A stretch of 64,000 nucleotides of DNA from Nitrosopumilus sp. (lineage in GTDB: Archaea; Thermoproteota; Nitrososphaeria; Nitrososphaerales; Nitrosopumilaceae): positions 1,632,001 to 1,696,000 of the forward strand of contig OZ252243.1 of assembly GCA_965249555.1 (NCBI GenBank), given 5' to 3'. Shown here piece by piece: positions 30,548-40,188 of this stretch; within the stretch, counting starts at the first letter, position 1, and each line of letters opens with the position of its first letter. A program made the position numbers and the translations under genes. The notes under the pieces are model-generated. The model was not told the DNA's origin. It did not search any database and saw only the letters and a list, made by a program, of their open reading frames with translations.

Positions 30548-30733
30548 CTACTCTGTTTTAGTATTATCACAATTGGATTCATGTTCTAATTGCCCATTTT
30601 TATCATATTCCTTTGACCGCAGTTCATTCCAATTATCACCATAATTCATTTCAAAATGCAATACTTCATTTTCAAGATATCTTTTTTCCATTCTCATCAT
30701 AATATGTTTCTGGACATAATACGATATTTTCAT
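30548..30733 (-). CDS. Hypothetical protein or gene fragment
   Basis: 61-aa ORF in the decayed region. Confidence 0.3.
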   Translation of the reverse strand: MKISYYVQKHIMMRMEKRYLENEVLHFEMNYGDNWNELRSKEYDKNGQLEHESNCDNTKTE

Positions 30734-30947
30734 GATTACCTATTTGTAAATTTTTCTTCCCATTCTCTTGAAATCATGAAAATTTGGAAATGATATTAAG
30801 ATACAAGTGTCCACTACTGCTGATAATGATGCTGAAACAATAAAGTAGATCAAAAAATTTCTGTTAATTTATAATAACTGTTGGTTTAGTTTCATAATTT
30901 TTCTGATGTTTAACAACTAATATTTCATATTAACTGATACCTAAATT

Positions 30948-31502
30948 ATGAAAAAGAGATGTGAATGGGCAAAAGATGATCTAAACATCACATATCACGA
31001 TAAGGAATGGGGAAAGCCACAACATGATGATCAAAAGTTATTTGAATTTCTAATACTAGAAGGGGCTCAAGCTGGTTTATCTTGGAGTACTATTCTCAAA
31101 CGTAGGGATGGCTATAGAAAGGCATTTTCTAATTTTGATGCTCTAAAAGTCTCAAAATACACTCAAAAACACATCAAAAAACTACTCAAAGACGAATCTA
31201 TCATTAGAAATAAACTGAAAATTGCTTCTGCCATTAACAATGCCAAACAGTTTCTCAAAATTCAAAAAGAATTTGGTTCATTTGACAAGTATCTGTGGGG
31301 GTTTGTTGAGCACAAACCAATCAAAAACAAATTCAAAAAACTATCTGATCTGCCTGCAACAACTGAAATTTCAGAGAAACTCAGTCAAGATCTCAAAAAA
31401 CGAGGATTCAATTTTGTTGGGCCTACAATCTGTTATGCATTAATGCAGGCAATAGGCATGGTAAACGATCATACATCCCAATGCTTTCTGTATCAAAAAT
31501 AA
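30948..31502 (+). CDS. tag: DNA-3-methyladenine glycosylase I
   Basis: RCEW...YHDKEWG, LEGAQAGLSW, IIRNKLKI, FVGPTICY, NDH...C. Confidence 0.96.
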   Translation: MKKRCEWAKDDLNITYHDKEWGKPQHDDQKLFEFLILEGAQAGLSWSTILKRRDGYRKAFSNFDALKVSKYTQKHIKKLLKDESIIRNKLKIASAINNAKQFLKIQKEFGSFDKYLWGFVEHKPIKNKFKKLSDLPATTEISEKLSQDLKKRGFNFVGPTICYALMQAIGMVNDHTSQCFLYQK

Positions 31503-31531
31503 TTTTTAAACTAGAATAATTATCTAAATTT

Positions 31532-31903
31532 GTGTCTGAAGGAAAATTTGCAACCTCTATTTCCTGTATAGATGGTAGAATACAACTTCCATTAGCAAAA
31601 TGGATCAAAGAAAATTATTCTGTTGACTATGTAGATGCAATTACAGAACCAGGTGTAGATAAGAATGTCACAAGAGATTCTATATCTGCATCACTCAAAA
31701 CTAAAGCTACGATATCTATTCGTGCTCACAAATCAGAACTAATTGTTTTTTCTGGGCATTATAATTGTGCAGCAAATCCCGTTTCTGATGAGGAGCATAT
31801 TGAATTTATTAAAAAAGGAGTAGAGGTAATCTCCTCATGGAATTTAGGTGCAAAAGTTGTCGGTGTTTGGGTTGATGATTCCTGGACTGTTAATGCTATT
31901 TAG
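31532..31903 (+). CDS. Putative minimal beta-class carbonic anhydrase
   Basis: CIDGR and HYNC zinc-ligand motifs. Confidence 0.7.
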   Translation: MSEGKFATSISCIDGRIQLPLAKWIKENYSVDYVDAITEPGVDKNVTRDSISASLKTKATISIRAHKSELIVFSGHYNCAANPVSDEEHIEFIKKGVEVISSWNLGAKVVGVWVDDSWTVNAI

Positions 31904-31927
31904 ATTTCAGAAGGTTTTTTAAATACA

Positions 31928-32888
31928 ATGAATGAGAAATTATCTCGCTTTTCAAAGACTGCAGGTACTGGAATATTATTTGCAAGTACTGCCATTAATT
32001 ATTTTGTTTGCAATATGTGTTTCAATTTTAGCTGTTGGAAAATACCATATTCTTGATAGTTTGATTAAGATTATAGTTATTGTTTTGGTAGTGTCTACGG
32101 TTTCTGCTTTCTTGTTTGCATTGTATAATGGTCCCATAGAGCCAGTAGAAGGATTTGTACCAAAAGAACTTTGGAATACTTCTGGAATATTTTTCTTACT
32201 TGCATTAATGGGATGGATGTCTACTGCTGTTGATCTTTCAAGCTGGAATAGTTTATGGACATTAGAGAGAATGAAACAAACTATAAACCAAAACTCATGG
32301 AAACTCTTTTTGAATTCAGATTAACATATTTTATGACAGGAATTCTTGCAGTAATGTTTGTAACACTAGGTTTATTTATTTTCTATGGGTCTGGTGAAGA
32401 CTTGCCAAACAACAATTCCCTTTTTGCAAACAAAGTAGTAACACTATACACTCAAACAATTGGAGATTGGAGTTATATCATAATTGCAGCATCTGCCTTT
32501 ACTGTGATGTTTGGTACAATTATTGCTGTATTGGATGGATATTCTAGGTCATTGAAAAGAACCGTAGAATTGCTTTAGCAAAAAAGAGCAAAAAACAAGC
32601 CCAAAATTCAATAAACTTTACGTTATTTTCTTATTTGTAATCGCTATTGGGGCTCTCACAATTGTATTTCAGTTTGAAAATAACCTAAAAGAACTAGTTG
32701 ACTTTGCTACTGTTTTGTCGTTTCTAATGGCACCTGTAATTGCCGTTTTTAATTTTAGACTAGTTACAGGTAAACACCTTGCAAAAGACTCTCAACCTTC
32801 TATGTTGCTGAAGCTTTTGAGTTTTGCAGGAATTGTATTTTTATCTGGATTTGCAATAGTTTTTGTTATTACTAGATTTCAATTTTGA
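31928..32888 (+). pseudogene. NRAMP-like divalent metal transporter pseudogene
   Basis: MNEKLSRFSKTAGTGILFASTAI then a frameshift; ALMGWMSTAVDLS; second shift near 32280; AFTVMFGT...DGYSR; break near 32575; LVDFATVLSFLMAP...*. Confidence 0.8.
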
Positions 32889-32930
32889 ATAATTAGAATT
32901 GTTTAAATTAAATTCAAGTGTGAAAATGCT

Positions 32931-33449
32931 GTGAAAATTTCAAAAAATATGCAAAAAGCACTAAACAACCAAATCACTCTAGAAGCAAGCGCATCAAATA
33001 GCTACATGGCAATGGCATCCTGGTGTGAAGTTACAGGGTATGAAGGTGGCGCTAGTTTCTTTTATGCACAGTCAGATGAAGAGAGAACACATATGCTAAA
33101 ATTTATTCATTATTTGAATAATTTGGGTATTTCTGCAGTGATCCCTGCTACAAAATCACCTGCAAGTAATTTCAAATCTCTAGAGTCTATTCTAAAGACT
33201 GCACTAAAAAATGAACAAACTGTCACTACTGCAATTCATAAGATGGTTGAGATCTCACAAAAAGATAAAGATCATTCCACATATGCATTTCTAGAATGGT
33301 TTGTTAATGAACAAGTTCAAGAAGAAACAAAGTTTGAAACTTTGATACAAAAGTTTGAACTGATCGGAAGAGACAAGATCGCTATAAATGAGATCGACAA
33401 GACTCTGGCAGCAAATGCTACAGCTTCTGCAGCTGACACAACTGCCTAG
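32931..33449 (+). CDS. ftnA: Non-heme ferritin
   Basis: Ferroxidase residues: LEASA..Y, DEERTH, NEQ, WFVNEQVQEE. Confidence 0.93.
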   Translation: MKISKNMQKALNNQITLEASASNSYMAMASWCEVTGYEGGASFFYAQSDEERTHMLKFIHYLNNLGISAVIPATKSPASNFKSLESILKTALKNEQTVTTAIHKMVEISQKDKDHSTYAFLEWFVNEQVQEETKFETLIQKFELIGRDKIAINEIDKTLAANATASAADTTA

Positions 33450-33498
33450 AAAATCTTTTTTCTAAAATCATTAATACTGGATATTTTTCTCATACCTC

Positions 33499-33831
33499 AT
33501 GACAGTTATTGTAACAAGAAAACCAGGTGGTGTTACACAACTATTCAACACTGAAACTGGCAGAGTTACATACAAATGCAAAGCTGAATCTGCTTACATG
33601 CTAATTGAGGCCTTTGGTGGAATTATAAAATTCAATCATAAAGGAGCAATTGCAACTGTTACAGGTCATATAACTTCGCTTGAATCATGTGATGTAATTA
33701 AGAAAGGACATCCAAATTACAAGGAGGCATTGTCTACAATTATTTCGTCGTACAAAGAATTTTCACAAAATGTTTCTGATTCATATGCAAAAGAAATTCA
33801 AGAATTTGAAAATAAATTATCTGGTCTTTAA
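33499..33831 (+). CDS. Hypothetical protein
   Basis: 110-aa ATG ORF with ordinary composition. Confidence 0.7.
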   Translation: MTVIVTRKPGGVTQLFNTETGRVTYKCKAESAYMLIEAFGGIIKFNHKGAIATVTGHITSLESCDVIKKGHPNYKEALSTIISSYKEFSQNVSDSYAKEIQEFENKLSGL

Positions 33832-33834
33832 TTT

Positions 33835-33957
33835 TTAATCAACATACATGTTTCTTGCTTGGTCGTGAACTCTACCAATGTGCAATGCTAATTCTATTAG
33901 ATCTTCACCATAATACTTTCCACAAAACCTGCATTCAAATTTGTATTGATTTGACAG
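33835..33957 (-). CDS. 40-aa C2H2 zinc-finger micro-protein (apparent CTG start; not in track)
   Basis: (M)SNQYKFECRFCGKYYGEDLIELALHIGRVHDQARNMYVD. Confidence 0.6.
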   Translation of the reverse strand: MSNQYKFECRFCGKYYGEDLIELALHIGRVHDQARNMYVD

Positions 33958-34001
33958 ATCTGATCGTGATATTTTGTGGTATTAATAACTGCCTGATCTA
34001 T

Positions 34002-34175
34002 TTACCCATAAATCATGCATTGTTCACATTCGCAAACTTCTTGTTGCTTTGCTTTCTTCAAACATTTTTTGTGTTGACCTGCTTGACACTGAACACAAAT
34101 CTCATCAAGATTATCTACACTTGTATATTTTTTAGATTGATCAAATCCAAACCCGCCATCTTTTGGTCCTACCAT
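34002..34175 (-). CDS. 57-aa Cys6/His micro-protein (not in track)
   Basis: MVGPKDGGFGFDQSKKYTSVDNLDEICVQCQAGQHKKCLKKAKQQEVCECEQCMIYG. Confidence 0.7.
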   Translation of the reverse strand: MVGPKDGGFGFDQSKKYTSVDNLDEICVQCQAGQHKKCLKKAKQQEVCECEQCMIYG

Positions 34176-34209
34176 GTTTTATCATAATTGATGTAGTATT
34201 TTTACTTCA

Positions 34210-34509
34210 CTAATTGATTGCAGATTTTATTGTATCTTGCAATTCTTTTTTGTGTGTTTCAATGATTCCTCGTATTTCAAAAGTATCTACGTATCCTCCA
34301 GCTGATGCACGAGTTGCTTTGAGCAGATAATGTAAAGATCCCTCTTCAATTTTTCCAACATAGTATCCATAAAGAAAATCTAATTCATCATCACACTTCC
34401 AGATTTGTTTGATGTGTGGAAATGTTTGTTTAATTTCAGTTGGTATCTCTTGAATTCTCCTTTTGATGTATTGATCAAGTGATTTTCTAATTGAAGAGTC
34501 TTGGAGCAA
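34210..34509 (-). CDS. Hypothetical protein
   Basis: WKCDDELDFLYGYYVG resembles WKFRSEEDFKYGHKAG of the 40189-40488 protein. Confidence 0.75.
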   Translation of the reverse strand: MLQDSSIRKSLDQYIKRRIQEIPTEIKQTFPHIKQIWKCDDELDFLYGYYVGKIEEGSLHYLLKATRASAGGYVDTFEIRGIIETHKKELQDTIKSAIN

Positions 34510-34538
34510 TTCTAATGTTGTTTGGCAACACTTGTTTT

Positions 34539-34688
34539 TTAGTCATTATCTTCCTCGTCTTTTTTTCCATTTTCTGGCTTGTCCCACATATGCATGGTTC
34601 CGCGAATCATAAAAGAACCCACAATTATTGCTACTAATCCACCAACAATAAAGACAAAAAAATTTCCAATATCTTTGATACCTGCCAA
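34539..34688 (-). CDS. 49-aa single-TM micro-protein (not in track)
   Basis: TTG start; MAGIKDIGNFFVFIVGGLVAIIVGSFMIRGTMHMWDKPENGKKDEEDND. Confidence 0.55.
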   Translation of the reverse strand: MAGIKDIGNFFVFIVGGLVAIIVGSFMIRGTMHMWDKPENGKKDEEDND

Positions 34689-34773
34689 TAGTGTTATTTA
34701 CTGCCAGTCTAATTATAACTGTCTAGGGAAATTTAATTAGATTCAATAGTAAGTTTGAAAATTTTTGTTTATA

Positions 34774-34872
34774 ATGTCTAAACCTAAACAAGTTGTCGCT
34801 TGGATCGCACTTATTACAGGTGGAATTGGATTTTTCTTCTTTTCTCAATGGATGACTGAAGTTATGCGATAA
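34774..34872 (+). CDS. 32-aa single-TM micro-protein (not in track)
   Basis: MSKPKQVVAWIALITGGIGFFFFSQWMTEVMR. Confidence 0.5.
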   Translation: MSKPKQVVAWIALITGGIGFFFFSQWMTEVMR

Positions 34873-34917
34873 TCTTGAAAACTAATTACATTGTAGTCAT
34901 TTGTAGTAACAATCAAT

Positions 34918-35358
34918 ATGATTAGTCACGAGATTAAAAAATTTCTAGATATTCAAAAGCTAGGTTATGTGGCAACTGTTGACTCTGATGGTAAACCAAA
35001 CCTTTCTCCAAAAGGAACTATCATTGCTTGGACATCAGAACTTTTGGCATTTGCAGATATTCGCTCACCTGATACTGTAAAAAATTTACAAAATAATCCT
35101 TATGTGGAAATTAATGTAATTGACCCTCTTCTACGAAAAGGCTATCTATTCAAAGGCCAAGCTCGAATTATTAAGGATAATTCCCTATATGAGGAGATTC
35201 TTAGTAATTATAGAAAAAAAGGAATCAAGAGTCCAATTAATTCAATTGTCTTAGTTGATGTCTCTGATGTATCTGAAGTGACTTCTCCATTGTATGATAT
35301 GGGAATTTCAGAACAAGAAATTAAATCAAAATGGAAAAAGTATTTTGAAAGTTTATGA
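34918..35358 (+). CDS. Pyridoxamine 5'-phosphate oxidase-like FMN-binding protein
   Basis: VATVDSDGKPNLSPKG...TVKNLQNNP. Confidence 0.9.
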   Translation: MISHEIKKFLDIQKLGYVATVDSDGKPNLSPKGTIIAWTSELLAFADIRSPDTVKNLQNNPYVEINVIDPLLRKGYLFKGQARIIKDNSLYEEILSNYRKKGIKSPINSIVLVDVSDVSEVTSPLYDMGISEQEIKSKWKKYFESL

Positions 35359-35361
35359 TTA

Positions 35362-36135
35362 TTAAAATGATTTTGTTGATGCCTTGAGTTTTTCTAATTC
35401 TTTTTTAGTTTTTTCGTGTTCTTTTCTTTCCTCTTCTACAAGTAATTGAAGTGCTTCGAGTTCTTTTTGTGCCATGTTAAGCTTTGATTTTAATGATCCT
35501 ACTACTACACTTGCTGCTTCAATAACTCCTGCAGAACTTTTTTGATTTGCGTTCGTTCCTTGGATGAATTCTTTTTCTTTTGAAGTTAGAATACTTGTAT
35601 CTTGAAAATGATCCTTCTTATCTAGTTCTTCTTTTGCATTATACAGTCTAATCCTTGCTTCATCTAATTCTTTTCCATATTCTATCTGTTGTTTTTTAAT
35701 ATTCTGGAGTAGTGATTGTTCTTGTGATCTTTGTTCTTTAATTTTATCATACTCTTTTGTCATTTCATCTAATTCTTGTTTTATTTTTGAAAAATTTTCT
35801 TCAGTTTTATTAAATTCACTAACTGCTTTTGAATCTTTAATTTGTTCAGCATTTTTAATTTTTTCTTTAATCTCTCTGTGTTCTCGTTGGACTACATCCA
35901 GTTCCATCTTTTTTTGATTGATCTCTTTTTTAACTACCATTAAATTACTAACAACATAATTGTATTCTTCTTTTACTGTTTTAATTTTATGTGTAATATC
36001 ATCAAGCTCCTCTTGTTTTAGTCTACACTCCTTTTGAATTTTTTCTACTTCAGTTTCTAACTCTTCTTTTAGTATGTGTTCTTCACTTTTATCAGAAATT
36101 GTTTCTTCTACTTTTTTCTTTCCAAATAGTCCCAT
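35362..36135 (-). CDS. Long coiled-coil protein
   Basis: Heptad-rich K/E sequence; likely start MGLFGKKK. Confidence 0.8.
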   Translation of the reverse strand: MGLFGKKKVEETISDKSEEHILKEELETEVEKIQKECRLKQEELDDITHKIKTVKEEYNYVVSNLMVVKKEINQKKMELDVVQREHREIKEKIKNAEQIKDSKAVSEFNKTEENFSKIKQELDEMTKEYDKIKEQRSQEQSLLQNIKKQQIEYGKELDEARIRLYNAKEELDKKDHFQDTSILTSKEKEFIQGTNANQKSSAGVIEAASVVVGSLKSKLNMAQKELEALQLLVEEERKEHEKTKKELEKLKASTKSF

Positions 36136-36171
36136 ATCATTACCACTTATTCCCAAAAGATGAATCTTTCT

Positions 36172-36372
36172 TTACTTTTGTTTAACCCTGTCTCTAAAAA
36201 ATTTGAGATAAAATCCAATACTGCCAATAATTATTCCGCCAAGCAAGGCCATCGTGCCTAATTCTGGCATTTCTGGGTATATGTTTGGTGCAAGAAATAG
36301 TAATAATGCACCTAAAATTATCAGAGCAAATCCGCCATTATTTCTTGATCTGTTATGTTCTCCATGAACCAT
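36172..36372 (-). CDS. Small two-TM protein
   Basis: Two hydrophobic helices; 2 bp downstream of lysS. Confidence 0.7.
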   Translation of the reverse strand: MVHGEHNRSRNNGGFALIILGALLLFLAPNIYPEMPELGTMALLGGIIIGSIGFYLKFFRDRVKQK

Positions 36373-36374
36373 GA

Positions 36375-37964
36375 TTATGCATACTCTGAAAGTGTTTTTG
36401 CTACTTGTTTTCTTCCAATGTCTGAAATGAAAGGTCCTATCTTTGGCCCTCTTGATGTTCCTAATATTATTTGGTATAGTACTTTGAAGAAATCTTTTGG
36501 TTGTACATCATTTGATTTTGCAATCTGATAAATTGTATTTTGAATGTCTTCTGGTTCTTTTTCTGCACTAAGTGTATCTACAAGTATCTTTAATGCATTT
36601 TTTATGGAATTATCTAAATCTATTTGTATTTTTTCTTGTTCATCAAACTCATCTGAAAAGCTTCCTGCAAGATCAATGAGTTTTTCAATTGCTGGCTCAG
36701 GGTTTTTTATTACTCCATAATCTAGCAATTTTTTCATTACTCTTTCCCCTCTGTCTTCTTTGAATATTTTTGTTAATTCAATTAAAAGTCTATAGTTAAC
36801 ATGCATGCTTGATTGTTTTGGAGGCGTAAGGAGATTCACATATTCATAGAGTCCTTTTAATTTTGTTAGTTTAGCTTGGTTGTCTATTTTGATTCTTCCA
36901 AAGTAAGTGTCTTCTAATTCGTTATATTCATTCATCAAAGATGGAATGTCTTCAAATCCAAGTTCTCGTGCACCTGTAATTCTTTTGTATAGTAATAATA
37001 GAATTGATTTTGGACTACCATACTCTAACCATTTTTGTGCAGTTATAACATTGCCCAATGATTTTGAAATCTTTTTTCCTCCTTTGTCTAAGAACATTTC
37101 ATATTTTACATGATGCGGATGTGGAAATCCTAAAATTTCATCTGCTACCCAGTCATTTACCTTTACAGAATCCATTATGTCTTTTCCATATGCTTCAAAT
37201 CTGATGTCAAATGCTGACCATCTTGCTGCAAATTCTACTTTCCATGCTAGTTTTCCAAGATCCTTTGTGATGTCTGCCTCTCCTTCATGACCACACCCAT
37301 TGATCCTTTTTGAGCCAATTTCAACATCATGGCATCTGTACTTTACTTTTTTTTCATCAGCAATGTATTCTGTAGATTCTGCTGTGTATAGACGACTACA
37401 CTCTGCGCAAACTGGAAAATATGGCAGGTATTTTTGATATTTTTCCTGTCCCACAAGATCTGAAATTTTTTTTCCAATCTTTGTACTGTTTTGCAAGATT
37501 GTATGAATTTGGTCTTTTAGTAATCCTTGCTTGTAAGTATCAACAGCTCTTCTAAACTCGTACTTTATCCCTACTTTGTCAAGTCCATCTAAAAGAATAC
37601 TGCTCATATGCATGCCGTATGATTCATGACATCCATAAGGATCAGGAATTAGTGATACTGGTTTTGCTATGTGTTCTTCTAAATTAAATTGCTGCATCCC
37701 TTCTGGAATTTTTCTTAATCCGTCTAGATCATCTGAATAAGCAATTAGTTCTGATTTGTAACCAAAATTTTCTAATGCTAATTTAACCCCATACGCCCTT
37801 ACTGCGTCTCCTAAACTCCCAATATGTGGAATTCCTGATGCACCAAGACCACTTTCAACTTTGAGAACATCTAAATTTCTTCCAAGAGATTTTTCACGTT
37901 CAAGTAATTCATAAGCTAATTTGTCTATCCAAGTTCCTTTTCCAATAACTTCTTGTTCTGACAT
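36375..37964 (-). CDS. lysS: Class I lysyl-tRNA synthetase
   Basis: SGIPHIGS (HIGH-like), GKLAWKVEFAARW, KISKSLGN (KMSKS-like). Confidence 0.97.
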   Translation of the reverse strand: MSEQEVIGKGTWIDKLAYELLEREKSLGRNLDVLKVESGLGASGIPHIGSLGDAVRAYGVKLALENFGYKSELIAYSDDLDGLRKIPEGMQQFNLEEHIAKPVSLIPDPYGCHESYGMHMSSILLDGLDKVGIKYEFRRAVDTYKQGLLKDQIHTILQNSTKIGKKISDLVGQEKYQKYLPYFPVCAECSRLYTAESTEYIADEKKVKYRCHDVEIGSKRINGCGHEGEADITKDLGKLAWKVEFAARWSAFDIRFEAYGKDIMDSVKVNDWVADEILGFPHPHHVKYEMFLDKGGKKISKSLGNVITAQKWLEYGSPKSILLLLYKRITGARELGFEDIPSLMNEYNELEDTYFGRIKIDNQAKLTKLKGLYEYVNLLTPPKQSSMHVNYRLLIELTKIFKEDRGERVMKKLLDYGVIKNPEPAIEKLIDLAGSFSDEFDEQEKIQIDLDNSIKNALKILVDTLSAEKEPEDIQNTIYQIAKSNDVQPKDFFKVLYQIILGTSRGPKIGPFISDIGRKQVAKTLSEYA

Positions 37965-37973
37965 CTCTTTTCA

Positions 37974-39560
37974 CTAATTCAATGTTTTGGACATGTATGG
38001 CCCATATAACGAATACCCTAACTTTTGATAATATTCTCTTGTACCAACTGCACTAATAACTAACATTTTCTTTGCATCAAATTCTTCTTTGGAAATTTTT
38101 TCTGCCTCTTTCATTAAATTTTTTCCTAACCCTGAATGTTGAATCTCATTTTCTTCTTTCTCTCCAAGTTTCAATGATTTTCCATAGACATGAATCTCTC
38201 TTACAATACATGTATCTTGTTTTATCTCATCTCTGTGAGCATTATTGCTTGGTTTTCTTAATCTCAAAAACCCATAGATGGATTCATTCTTGTCTTCATA
38301 AGACAAAAACACCTCTTTTCCATCTGAGGAGTCATAATTTATTCTGTTTAGTTTCACATCTCCACCATCTGATTTTTTGTTAGAAAGTCCTGCTTCTCTA
38401 CATCTGATACATCTACATGAAAGCCCCTGTTTGGCTAAATTCTGATGGACGATTTGTCTTAGATTACCTGATTTTGGTCCTGCAATGATCTCATTTGGAG
38501 AAATTTCTCTTTGTACACGCATGATTCTGACCCATTTTGGAACATTCTTTTTTGCTTCTGTTAATACCCTGATCATGTCTTCATCAGAGTATGGAGTGTA
38601 TTTTCCTTGTTTGTATTCTTCATAGAGTGGTGTGTTTTCAATTACTAGTGATGGATAAATCTTCAACATGTCTGGACGTAACTGTGAATCAGAAAATAGT
38701 TTTTTAAAATCAGCAATGTCTTCTTCTGGTGTCATTGTAGGCAAACCTGGCATCATATGCGCAACAATTTTGTAACCTGCATCTTTTGAAATTTGAAATG
38801 ATTCTGTCACATCATTATAGTTGTGACCTCTGTTAACTATTTCATAAACTCGTTCTTGTAATGATTGTACCCCTATCTCTATTCGTGTGATTCCATAGTT
38901 TAACATTAAATCTATATCTTTTTTCTTACAATAGTCTGGTTTTGTTTCAATTGTAAATCCTACATTTCTTATCTGTGCATGTTCGTTATTTGATTTAGCT
39001 TCTTGCAAATCTTTTGAATCTGTTCCATTTAGCGCATCATAACATGATTTGATAAAATTCTCTTGATAGTCTTTTGGCATAAAGAGAAAAGTACCTCCAA
39101 CAATTACGATCTCCATTTTAGATGTATCATGTCCAAATGCAATTAGCTTGTCAATTTTTGACATGATTTGTAATTTGGGATCATATTGATTTCCAATTGC
39201 GTTAAGTGTAGATGGTTCTTTTCCTGTGTAGCTGTTTGGAGTATTAAATTCAATTCCACCTGGACAATATGTACATCTGCCATGTGGACATGCATATGGT
39301 TTTGGCATGAGTGCAATCACTGCTACTCCTGATGCAGTTTTAACTGGTTTTTTCAACAAAACTTTTCTTAATTTATCAAAATCGGATTCTTTTGCCATTG
39401 ATAAAATCTCATGATTTTTTGGAATTCTATCAAGTGAATATTTGGCACAAATTTTTATGATTTCTTGTTTTACCTGTTTTTTACTAGGATCATTGATTGT
39501 CAGCAAGTTCTGAGTGATTTCACTACATGCTTTAGACAAAATAGAATCTAATTTACTCAT
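37974..39560 (-). CDS. elp3: tRNA uridine(34) acetyltransferase Elp3
   Basis: CPHGRCTYCPGG radical SAM motif plus GNAT domain (REIHVYG, QHSGLG, ISAVGTREYY). Confidence 0.96.
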   Translation of the reverse strand: MSKLDSILSKACSEITQNLLTINDPSKKQVKQEIIKICAKYSLDRIPKNHEILSMAKESDFDKLRKVLLKKPVKTASGVAVIALMPKPYACPHGRCTYCPGGIEFNTPNSYTGKEPSTLNAIGNQYDPKLQIMSKIDKLIAFGHDTSKMEIVIVGGTFLFMPKDYQENFIKSCYDALNGTDSKDLQEAKSNNEHAQIRNVGFTIETKPDYCKKKDIDLMLNYGITRIEIGVQSLQERVYEIVNRGHNYNDVTESFQISKDAGYKIVAHMMPGLPTMTPEEDIADFKKLFSDSQLRPDMLKIYPSLVIENTPLYEEYKQGKYTPYSDEDMIRVLTEAKKNVPKWVRIMRVQREISPNEIIAGPKSGNLRQIVHQNLAKQGLSCRCIRCREAGLSNKKSDGGDVKLNRINYDSSDGKEVFLSYEDKNESIYGFLRLRKPSNNAHRDEIKQDTCIVREIHVYGKSLKLGEKEENEIQHSGLGKNLMKEAEKISKEEFDAKKMLVISAVGTREYYQKLGYSLYGPYMSKTLN

Positions 39561-39616
39561 GAATTCTCATACTAATTTGGACATAAATTCGTTAAATAAC
39601 TTGGTTTACCTGAAAT

Positions 39617-40066
39617 CTATCTTCGTCTACTTGTCTTTCTCTTAGCTTTAGTTCCTTTTCTAGCTGATTTTCTCTTTACACTCTTTCTAGCTGATTTTCT
39701 CTTTACACTCTTTCTAGCTGATTTTCTCTTTACACTCTTTCTAGCTGATTTTCTCTTTACACTCTTTCTAGCTGATTTTCTCTTTACACTCTTTCTAGCT
39801 GATTTTCTCTTTACACTCTTTCTAGCTGATTTTCTCTTTACACTCTTTCTAGCTGATTTTCTCTTTACACTCTTTCTAGCTGATTTTCTCTTTACACTCT
39901 TTCTAGCTGATTTTCTCTTTACACTCTTTCTAGCTGATTTTCTCTTAGTTGATTTTTTTGTAACATTCTTTTTGATAATTTTTAATTCGTTTAGTGCTTC
40001 CTGAATTCCTTTAATCTGTGCGATCATGTTTGCTCTGAATGACTCGTTGCTTATTTCTGCTGACAT
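39617..40066 (-). CDS. Extremely basic repeat protein, histone H1/Hc2-like composition
   Basis: Short helical head followed by (KRKSARKSV)10. Confidence 0.8.
   Translation of the reverse strand: MSAEISNESFRANMIAQIKGIQEALNELKIIKKNVTKKSTKRKSARKSVKRKSARKSVKRKSARKSVKRKSARKSVKRKSARKSVKRKSARKSVKRKSARKSVKRKSARKSVKRKSARKSVKRKSARKSVKRKSARKGTKAKRKTSRRR
39656..39946. repeat. 27-bp perfect coding tandem repeat, ~10.7 copies
   Basis: Unit ttttctctttacactctttctagctga. Confidence 0.95.
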
Positions 40067-40188
40067 ATGCTGTCATTTCAATTTTTTTATATCATTTAAG
40101 ACTTTGTGACTTGTAGTTTGAGTAATCCATCTATTATTACTGATAAACTTCTTTTGGCATTCAATTGTTATCTGTGGATGCTGTGATT

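Noticed and set aside
27190-30950. Intact tRNA-integrated element or provirus
   Set aside because: No duplicated tRNA 3' end (att site) or integrase was seen by eye; only fragments are present.
33855-34187. 110-aa plus-strand ORF from the track
   Set aside because: It is the antisense shadow of two minus-strand metal-finger micro-ORFs with far more protein-like motifs.
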